From positions 1,020,001 to 1,052,000 of the forward strand of contig NC_013849.1 in NCBI RefSeq assembly GCF_000025505.1: DNA of 32,000 nt, read 5' to 3'. Made by a program: the position numbers and the translations under genes. The DNA comes from Ferroglobus placidus DSM 10642. GTDB lineage: Archaea > Halobacteriota > Archaeoglobi > Archaeoglobales > Archaeoglobaceae. Below are positions 8,556-15,390 of the stretch, in pieces (positions within the stretch are counted from its first letter, which is position 1; each line of letters begins with the position of its first letter). Under the pieces are notes generated by a model, which saw only the letters and a program-made list of their open reading frames with translations, was not told where the DNA came from and made no database searches.

Positions 8556-9722
8556 ATGAGGGTAGGAATTATAGGTGTGGGTTGTTCGAAGTTCGGAGTT
8601 AGAGACGATGTAACTTTGCAAGAACTGGCTTTTGAGGCTGTTAAAGAGGCTATAGAAGATGCTGGAATAAGTAAGGAAGACATCGAGATGAGCGTCGTAG
8701 GAACTGCCGGAACGAGAAGCTACGAATTAATGCCGGCCGTGCCAATAAACGAATACTGCGGATTTACCGGAAAAGGTCCGATTAGAGTTGAGGCTGCCTG
8801 CGCAACCGGAAGCGCAGCAGTTTACACAGCCTACTCAACGATAAAGAGCGGAATAGCTGACGTTGTGATAGCGATAGGTGTAGAGAAGATGAACGAAGTT
8901 GATACTCCAACTTCTCTGGCTGTAGGAGGGAGAAGCGGAAGCTACCTCTGGGAGTTCCACCAGTACGGCACCACCTTCCCCGGCTATTACGCGATGCACG
9001 CCTCAGCCCACATGGCGAGGTACGGCACAACTGAGAAGCAGCTGGCTATGGTGGCTGTAAAGAACCATAGAAATGCCGCCAAGAACCCAAAAGCCCAGTT
9101 CCAGAAAGAGATAACCCTCGAAAAGGCTTTATCTTCAAGATACGTCGCTTATCCTCTCAGACTCTTCGACTGCTCAGCCATAACAGACGGGTCGGCAGCA
9201 GCTATTTTGGCGAGCGAGGAGAAGATAAAGGAGCTGGGATTGAAAGATCAGGCAGTCTGGATAGAAGGAATAGGATACAGCAGCGACACTGCAAACCTTT
9301 CGAAGAGGATCGATTACGTGGGATTGAAAGCAACAGTGGAAGCTTCGAGAATGGCTTACAAGATGGCGAAGATTGATGACCCGGTGAAGCAGCTCGACGT
9401 GGCAGCATTGCACGACTGCTTCACCATAGCCGAGATCATGGCCTACGAGGATCTCGGCTTCTGCAAGAAGGGGGAGGGAGGGAAGTTCATAGAAAACGGC
9501 GACTCCGACTTCGGAGGAAAGATTCCGGTGAACACTTTCGGCGGACTTAAAGCGAAAGGTCATCCTCTCGGAGCTACCGGAGTAGGAATGGTTTACGAGA
9601 TCGTGAAGCAGCTAAGAGGAGAAGCTGGAGAGCTGCAGGTTGATTTGAAGAACTACAAAGGACTGACTCACAACATAGGAGGGACTGGACACTTCGGCTG
9701 GGTTTTCATTCTGGGGGTGTGA
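8556..9722 (+). CDS. Thiolase-superfamily acyl-CoA acetyltransferase (archaeal/SCP-x type)
   Basis: 388 aa. The active-site Cys context is VEAACATGSAA, with C-terminal GHPLGATG and NIGGTG motifs. Confidence 0.85.
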   Translation: MRVGIIGVGCSKFGVRDDVTLQELAFEAVKEAIEDAGISKEDIEMSVVGTAGTRSYELMPAVPINEYCGFTGKGPIRVEAACATGSAAVYTAYSTIKSGIADVVIAIGVEKMNEVDTPTSLAVGGRSGSYLWEFHQYGTTFPGYYAMHASAHMARYGTTEKQLAMVAVKNHRNAAKNPKAQFQKEITLEKALSSRYVAYPLRLFDCSAITDGSAAAILASEEKIKELGLKDQAVWIEGIGYSSDTANLSKRIDYVGLKATVEASRMAYKMAKIDDPVKQLDVAALHDCFTIAEIMAYEDLGFCKKGEGGKFIENGDSDFGGKIPVNTFGGLKAKGHPLGATGVGMVYEIVKQLRGEAGELQVDLKNYKGLTHNIGGTGHFGWVFILGV

Positions 9723-9725
9723 TTT

Positions 9726-10151
9726 ATGGAGAGCAGAACGTTTATTTTGAAGCACAAGCTTCCGATAGCGAGAGTTGAGAAGTACTGGAAAGGTTTGGAG
9801 GAAGGGAAGGTTTACGGAACCGTGTGCAAAATCTGCGGAGCGAAATACTATCCTCCCCAAGTAGATTGCAGCAAATGCTACAACAGCGAAGTTGAGTGGG
9901 TCGAGATAAGTGGGGAAGGGACGATAGAATGCTTCACCCAGCTTCACAGCTTTCCCCAGGGTTTCGAATTCGTGGGAAGACCATATACTATAGCTATTGC
10001 AAAGTTCGGCGACTTCAAAGTTATGGGGTGGTACGAAGGAGATATCCCGAAGGTTGGGGAGAAGGTCAAAATAAAAACCGGAAAAGACGAAACCGGAGTT
10101 TGGAAGGTTTATTTTGAGCCCTGGGGTGAGTTGAATGAACATAGACTTTGA
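9726..10151 (+). CDS. DUF35 Zn-ribbon/OB-fold protein (thiolase partner)
   Basis: 141 aa. A CKICG...CSKC rubredoxin-like ribbon is followed by an OB-fold-like region. It sits immediately after the thiolase, as in archaeal thiolase/DUF35 pairs. Confidence 0.8.
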   Translation: MESRTFILKHKLPIARVEKYWKGLEEGKVYGTVCKICGAKYYPPQVDCSKCYNSEVEWVEISGEGTIECFTQLHSFPQGFEFVGRPYTIAIAKFGDFKVMGWYEGDIPKVGEKVKIKTGKDETGVWKVYFEPWGELNEHRL

Positions 10152-11199
10152 AAAAGTAAAGTTTGGTGTTGAAGGACCGAACGCTCCTTGGGAGACGATA
10201 AAAGAAATTGCGGTTTACTGCGAAAAACTCGGCTTTGATAGCTACTGGATGCCCGACCACTTGGTAGCTACCGGAGTGAAGAGGTGGGACGCTATAGAGG
10301 CTTGGGGAGCTTTGGGGGCTTTGGCTGTTTTGACCGAGAAGATAATGATAGCCACCGGAGTCAGCGACACCTACAGAGTTCATCCAGCTGTTTTGGCTCA
10401 GAAAGCCACGACGATAGACATAATTTCCAACGGAAGAGCGATTCTCGGAATAGGTATTGGAGAGGCTATGAACCTCGTTCCTTTCGGAATAGAGTACGAC
10501 AAGCCAGTGGGAAGGACGATTGAAGCTCTCGAAGTTATAAGGAGGTTGCTGAACGAAGACTTCGTAGATTTCGAAGGGAAATATTACAAGCTGAAGCAGG
10601 CATTCATAGCTCCAAAGCCGGTGCAAAAGCCCCATTATCCCATCTACGTGGCGGGAGCTTCTCCGAGAACGATAAGAATGGCTGGGAAATACGGAGACGG
10701 GTGGCTTCCAGCCAATTTAACCGTCGAAAAGTACAAAGAAGGAAGAGAGACGGTGATGAAGGCTGCGAAGGAAGTTGGAAAGGATCCGGAGAAGATAGAC
10801 ATGGCACACTTCATGTACGGAGTTATAGCGAAGACGAAGGATGAGGCGAGGGAAAGAGTTATGCTTCCCGCAAAGCTCCTCCTGCTTACGAGACCGAGAA
10901 TTCTCGAAGCTATTGGCTACGAGCCACCGACGTACGACTTCGAAATGACCTTCAAACTCGTATTTCCGAGAGACGCTCAAAGGTGGCTCGAAGAGGCTAA
11001 AAAACTTCCCGACGAGGTCGTTGAGAAATCTCCGATAGTTTACGGAACGGTCGACGACTTCATAGAAAGGTTCGAGCAGTACTACAAAGTCGGTTGCAGG
11101 CACTTCGTCATGAACTTCCAGGTTTCGCCGAAGTATCTGAAAGATTGCCTAGATCTTTACAAGCAGGTTGCCGAGTACTTTAGAGAGCAGGAGAAATAA
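10135..11199 (+). CDS. Luciferase-like (LLM) F420-dependent-type oxidoreductase
   Basis: 354 aa with LLM/Mer-family motifs (FDSYWMPDHL, ILGIGIGE, YVAGASPRTIRMAGKYGDGWLP). It overlaps the DUF35 gene by 17 nt. Confidence 0.8.
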   Translation: MNIDFEKVKFGVEGPNAPWETIKEIAVYCEKLGFDSYWMPDHLVATGVKRWDAIEAWGALGALAVLTEKIMIATGVSDTYRVHPAVLAQKATTIDIISNGRAILGIGIGEAMNLVPFGIEYDKPVGRTIEALEVIRRLLNEDFVDFEGKYYKLKQAFIAPKPVQKPHYPIYVAGASPRTIRMAGKYGDGWLPANLTVEKYKEGRETVMKAAKEVGKDPEKIDMAHFMYGVIAKTKDEARERVMLPAKLLLLTRPRILEAIGYEPPTYDFEMTFKLVFPRDAQRWLEEAKKLPDEVVEKSPIVYGTVDDFIERFEQYYKVGCRHFVMNFQVSPKYLKDCLDLYKQVAEYFREQEK

Positions 11200-11214
11200 A
11201 ATAAAAAATTTAAA

Positions 11215-11228
11215 TTTTTCTTTTTCTT
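11215..11228 (+). terminator. T-run terminator candidate after the long operon
   Basis: The sequence tttttctttttctt lies directly after the stop at 11199. Confidence 0.35.
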
Positions 11229-11234
11229 AAAATT

Positions 11235-11291
11235 ACGGCTGAGACTATGGGGGTTCGCCATGGTGACGAAAATCCTCGCCATGGCGAAGTG
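11235..11291 (+). repeat. Left inverted repeat: degenerate copy of the 3' end of the octaheme cytochrome gene, with an internal 21-nt duplication
   Basis: acggct-gagactat-gggggttcgccatgg-[21 nt]-cgaagtg matches the reverse complement of 15406-15444 (acggct-ttagctatagt-gggggttcgccgtgg-cgaagtg). It also contains a 10-bp hairpin, ttcgccatgg/ccatggcgaa. Confidence 0.6.
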
Positions 11292-11399
11292 GTGTTTTAA
11301 CTTTCTTAACAAGAAATATATTAAAATTCCGAGATTAAAAATCAGAAAGATATATAAAGTTTACAATATACTAGCAATACACAACGATAAGTAGTAATC

Positions 11400-12095
11400 A
11401 TGGAGTTAGGTGATGATTATATGCATGAGAACTTAGATGAGGAAACTAAGATTAAGTTTAGAGAATTAAGACTCTCGTGGGTATTTGGGTATATCCTTGA
11501 AACATTTGACTTAAGAGATTTGATAGAGTCCTTCTCTAGAAGGGGTTACACTACTCCCACGAGAGAAGAGGTTCCGTTAGTACCTATCCGTGCTAGATTA
11601 GGTGGAGCTGGGATTATAGCTCGTAAAGGCGAATTTGATGTGTATGTCGATACAAGTCGTCAGATTATAGGAGTTAGATGTAGTGCTGACTTCAGTAAAC
11701 TTCGTCCTTTTTACCAAGAAGTTAGGGATATTTTGATAGAAGATTTTGAATTAGATTTTACTCGGGATGTACGATATTGCGAACTTTCATCAGAAATAAG
11801 GGTGAAAGGTAAGAAGGTCATTGATAAAATTAGAAATATTCCCATAAAGCAAATACCTGAACTGGAGAGTATCGTAGGTAAATATGCCTTGGTTGGCTTC
11901 CGCATAGGGAGTAAAGAGGGATATCCCACTATGAGTAATTGGTTTGAAATAGAAATACACCCCGTGTGGACTAAACCTAGGAACTATTACGAAGTGTGGG
12001 TAGTTTATCGTAACGAATCAGAGGAAAAAGTGTTATTCTTTGCTGAGAACTTAGAGAGCGTCGTATCCTCTGCAATTAAAATAGTGGAGGGTTAG
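11400..12095 (+). CDS. Hypothetical protein (island orphan)
   Basis: 231-aa ORF with AT-rich codon usage. ATG 11421 is an alternative start, preceded by AGGTGAT at 11407-11413. No motif recognised. Confidence 0.5.
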   Translation: MELGDDYMHENLDEETKIKFRELRLSWVFGYILETFDLRDLIESFSRRGYTTPTREEVPLVPIRARLGGAGIIARKGEFDVYVDTSRQIIGVRCSADFSKLRPFYQEVRDILIEDFELDFTRDVRYCELSSEIRVKGKKVIDKIRNIPIKQIPELESIVGKYALVGFRIGSKEGYPTMSNWFEIEIHPVWTKPRNYYEVWVVYRNESEEKVLFFAENLESVVSSAIKIVEG

Positions 12096-12096
12096 T

Positions 12097-12926
12097 ATGA
12101 GCCAAACAGCTCTAAGCATTTTTGAAGAGGGAGAAGAAAGATTAGAGTTCGAAGAAAGAAGGGGGATGAAAACCCTACTTTCACGAAGACCAACAGCTCC
12201 AAGCATAGTAAAGCCAGATTTAGAAGATTTACTTAAAATGAATGCCCTTCTTCTTACAATACTCCCCGAAGAAACTCTTATAATCTCTGGTATGCATGGT
12301 GTGGGAACTTGGGGGGCACAGTTTGCATTGCTTTCAGAGGTACAAAAAAGTGTTGTAACACCACATTATGAGGAGAAAACACTTGATCAAATTATGACTT
12401 CCATTCCGCACACGCTCAGAATAATGCCTAAAGAAGCTCCAAGAGCATATATATATATTACTTCACGGATGAACTCTATAGACGTGAGGATTCCAAGTAT
12501 AGATTGCTTGACGATACTCTTACTCTACTTGGACGCCATCGAAAGGATGTAGAAATCATAATAATAGACAGGGATCGTGTGCCAGGAACATTTTGGGATG
12601 TGATTACAAAGGGTTTAGGAATAAAGAAGTATCCAGCTCTTATTGTTTCCTCTTCCTCCTTGAATATTGAAGATATGAAAATCTCTGATATTGAATATGT
12701 TCCTCCTCCTATTTCATTTGCGAAATGGGAAAGAGGTATGATAGCTGATGTCATCCTCGAGGATAGAGATGAGTTATCAACTTTTCTAGACGAATTAATT
12801 GATGCAGCAAAAGAGGGTATAAATCAAATGACATTACAAAAGAAAGTTATCCTTAAAGCCTTAGAAAAGGTGAAGAAGGATATAAAAGATGTGTTAGTAG
12901 TTATTTCTCGAAAAGGGTCTAGCTAA
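12097..12926 (+). pseudogene. Hypothetical protein with a Cys-less thioredoxin-fold-like C-terminal half, split by a frameshift at an (AT)6 tract
   Basis: ORFs 12097..12552 and 12504..12926 overlap. The second frame opens at 12432, just before (AT)6 at 12447-12458. Removing one AT unit gives a continuous ...PKEAPRAYIYYFTDELYRREDSKYRLLDDTLTLLGRHRKDVEIIIIDRDRVPGTFWDVITKGLGIKKYPALIV... The start is coupled to the upstream gene. Confidence 0.45.
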
Positions 12927-14193
12927 AAGCTGTTGGATTTACCTTAGCCAACCCCTCAGAGACTCCGTTTTCAACCCTCGTCAATGCAACGAAGAGCAAT
13001 GTAACCAAGAACTGCCTTCCATAGAATTCAATGGCTTCAAACCCCTTTACATTAAGGTTTTCATCGAATAGCAGTTGTTCTTTCAGTATTGAATGTAAAT
13101 TCTCTGAAACGTTCCTTCTGTGGTAAATCCTCTCGTATTCCTCAGGATTCTCTTGTTTAACTTTAAGCCATTGATTTCTGAAGTAGGCTCCAACTTCCTC
13201 GTAGTATCCATGCTCAAATAGAACTTTAAGCATCTCGTTGAAGCTAACATCGTAAGGCAAACCTTTCTCATAAGCTATTCCATTATAGACTTTCTCTATC
13301 CACTCTTTCGTTCCCTTCTTATTGAACTTAGCGTTTTCAGGGAGCTGGAAATAACATTCCGGTCCATACTTCATCGAACAAATAGCCCAGTTCTCAATCG
13401 TTCCGTAATGTGCATCTCCGTAGATTTCTTCTGGCTCAATTCCAAGCTCTCTTAATTTCTCAAGCATTGGAATCAGGTAATGTCCGTCATAAGCGTTTGC
13501 ATCCGTGACAATTAGTTCAAGTGGGATGTTTGTGTCAACGCAAGTTGCAAAGTGAACCTTTACCATCTTGCCAATGTTGTACTTCTGGAAGTAGTATGCG
13601 TTGTATTTGCCACATTCGTCGTTTTTAAGGGTTGGTAGCGGTGTTGAATCAATGCTTATCCTTCTTCCAAGCTTCATACCCTTCTCAGCCAATGCATTTT
13701 GCAGTCTCTCGATAAACGATTTCTGAATTTTTCTCAGGTTTTCGTTGCCCAACCTTTCATTGACAAATCGATTTATCGACCTCTCTGCTGGAGTTAGTAC
13801 CTCTCCTTCTTTTTCTACAAATCCTAAATCCTTAGCAATCTCTTCATCCCTTATCTTAGCCTCCAAGGTCGTGTAGAACTTTATCCTTGAAAGTCTCTGG
13901 AAGAACAACAGCCTGAGCATAGCTTCGACAGGATACATGAAGTGTTTTTCTGGTTTCTTGTAGCTGTTCAAGAGGATTTTAGCTTCTCTGCTTAGGTCAA
14001 TCAATCCGCAGAATTTAGACACCTTCATTGGAATTATTGATGGGTCGATGAAGTTCTGCCCCTCTATCTCTTCACTCTCGGGTTTTGTTATAGCTTCTAC
14101 TCTTTCTCTAATCTCCTTCAGCAAACTCTCCCAATCGAAACCTTTTTCTATATTTCCGATCACCAATATTAGGGGTTTGGTGGCGACGCCCAT
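12919..14193 (-). CDS. DDE transposase, IS4/IS5-superfamily type
   Basis: 424 aa. The candidate DDE triad sits in ISIDSTPL, IYGDAHYG and HRRNVSENLHSILKEQL (Y-x2-R-x3-E-like). Confidence 0.8.
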   Translation of the reverse strand: MGVATKPLILVIGNIEKGFDWESLLKEIRERVEAITKPESEEIEGQNFIDPSIIPMKVSKFCGLIDLSREAKILLNSYKKPEKHFMYPVEAMLRLLFFQRLSRIKFYTTLEAKIRDEEIAKDLGFVEKEGEVLTPAERSINRFVNERLGNENLRKIQKSFIERLQNALAEKGMKLGRRISIDSTPLPTLKNDECGKYNAYYFQKYNIGKMVKVHFATCVDTNIPLELIVTDANAYDGHYLIPMLEKLRELGIEPEEIYGDAHYGTIENWAICSMKYGPECYFQLPENAKFNKKGTKEWIEKVYNGIAYEKGLPYDVSFNEMLKVLFEHGYYEEVGAYFRNQWLKVKQENPEEYERIYHRRNVSENLHSILKEQLLFDENLNVKGFEAIEFYGRQFLVTLLFVALTRVENGVSEGLAKVNPTAFS

Positions 14194-14208
14194 GCTATCA
14201 AACCCCCC

Positions 14209-14248
14209 TGCTGGGGGAGTGGCTGTTTAAGGGGGTGCTCCCCCAGCA
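14209..14248. repeat. Perfect 11-bp inverted repeat (tgctgggggag / ctcccccagca) with an 18-nt loop
   Basis: Read directly. It lies between the transposase start and the 3' end of the tRNA. Confidence 0.6.
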
Positions 14249-14253
14249 CCTTA

Positions 14254-14326
14254 CGCCCCCGTGGGGATTTGAACCCCAGTCAGGCGGTGCGAACCCACCT
14301 ATGCTATCCACCTACACCACGGGGGC
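14254..14326 (-). tRNA. tRNA, anticodon UCG (Arg) by cloverleaf folding; anticodon loop atypical
   Basis: Reverse complement: GCCCCCG-UG-GUGU-AGGUGGAUA-GCAU-A-GGUGG-GUUCGCA-CCGCC-UGAC-UGGGG-UUCAAAU-CCCCA-CGGGGGC-G (73 nt). It has a 7-bp acceptor stem and a canonical T-loop. CCA is not encoded. G32 and C37 are unusual. Confidence 0.65.
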
Positions 14327-14471
14327 ACCACTTATACTATTTCGACTACGATACTGTATTTAAAGTTTGTGGTATACTACAAGTGTATCACTTGAATGAC
14401 TTAAAAGAACCACCATAGTTTTAGCGATAAATTTAAATATAGTAGACCACTACTATTTGTGGTGATGCAGT

Positions 14472-15182
14472 ATGGGTAAGATTGGGGATTACGAGTATCC
14501 AGAGTTCACGTTCACAGAATGCAGGAAAATAGTAGAGAGAATTTACAAAGAAGGAATTACTCGTGGAGATGTTCTTGCACCAAAATTAGGTCATAAATCT
14601 CCAGAATCTGGTACCTTTAGAAATAAAATTACATCCTTACAGAGGTTTGGATTAATAGAAGGTGACTGGAAAGAGTTTAAACTAACCGAACTCGGTGAAA
14701 AAATTGCAAAACCTCTAAACGAAGAAGAGTTCAAAAAGGCAGCTATTGAGTCTATCAAGAGAGTTAATCTACTAAAAGAACTATGGAAAAAAGTAGGCAC
14801 TAATATACCAGAGGATGGTTTGTGGGGCGTTTTAGTACAAATCACAGGCGTTAGTAGGTCTGTAGCAGAAAAGCAGGAAGCTAAAATCCGAAAACTTTAT
14901 ATGGACGCAGTACAATATCTTAAAGAGGAAAAGGAGGTGTCTGGGATGAAAAAAGTTCAACCAGAGATTGTTCAACCACAGCAATCTACAGATATTCAGC
15001 AAATCTCTCAACCAGTGGCACAACTGATACAAACTTTACCAAATGAAGCTATAGGACGAGTTATCGTAAAAAACATAGGATATATTGACATTGTAGATGA
15101 AATGAGTTACAATATTGCTAAAGAGTATCTAAAACTTCTTGCCAAGAAGCTTGGGTTAGAATCAGAAGGGGGAGGGACATGA
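14472..15182 (+). CDS. Hypothetical protein, possible N-terminal winged-helix domain
   Basis: 236-aa ORF with a GGTGATG RBS upstream. The N-terminal ~90 aa look helix-turn-helix-like (weak evidence), followed by a Q-rich linker. Confidence 0.5.
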   Translation: MGKIGDYEYPEFTFTECRKIVERIYKEGITRGDVLAPKLGHKSPESGTFRNKITSLQRFGLIEGDWKEFKLTELGEKIAKPLNEEEFKKAAIESIKRVNLLKELWKKVGTNIPEDGLWGVLVQITGVSRSVAEKQEAKIRKLYMDAVQYLKEEKEVSGMKKVQPEIVQPQQSTDIQQISQPVAQLIQTLPNEAIGRVIVKNIGYIDIVDEMSYNIAKEYLKLLAKKLGLESEGGGT

Positions 15183-15313
15183 TGAGGAAAGATGCTTGTC
15201 CATTCTGCATTCAGGAAGGAGCAGCAAAACCATCGATTAAGTACTGCAAAAGACACAAATGGAAATATCAGCACTGGTTTGAACCTTGGAGAAGAGCTTT
15301 TAAAAGCTCATAA
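15179..15313 (+). CDS. Small (44 aa) Cys/His zinc-ribbon-like protein, translationally coupled
   Basis: ATGA overlap with the upstream stop. Sequence MMRKDACPFCIQEGAAKPSIKYCKRHKWKYQHWFEPWRRAFKSS. It is below the ORF-track size cutoff. Confidence 0.35.
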   Translation: MMRKDACPFCIQEGAAKPSIKYCKRHKWKYQHWFEPWRRAFKSS

Positions 15314-15314
15314 A

Positions 15315-15350
15315 TTTTTTTGTTTGGCATTATTCTAAATTTTTATTTTT
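15315..15350. terminator. T/A-rich convergent terminator region
   Basis: A T7 run and ttttattttt lie between the convergent genes ending at 15313 (+) and 15391 (-). Confidence 0.35.
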
Positions 15351-15390
15351 ATAGAGTTATGTATGCTATCAACTTTATAAATTCTCATTG

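Larger units (their letters stand above)
12919..14248 (-). mobile_element. Insertion sequence (ends not resolved)
   Basis: It is a single-transposase element. Its 3' end overlaps the stop of ORF 12504..12926 by 8 nt. I could not identify convincing terminal inverted repeats by eye. Confidence 0.45.

Noticed and set aside
11249-11290. Hairpin ttcgccatgg / ccatggcgaa as a rho-independent-type terminator of the long operon
   Set aside because: It is better explained as part of the duplicated cytochrome 3' end with its 21-nt internal duplication. Archaeal termination is more plausibly served by the T-runs at 11215-11228.
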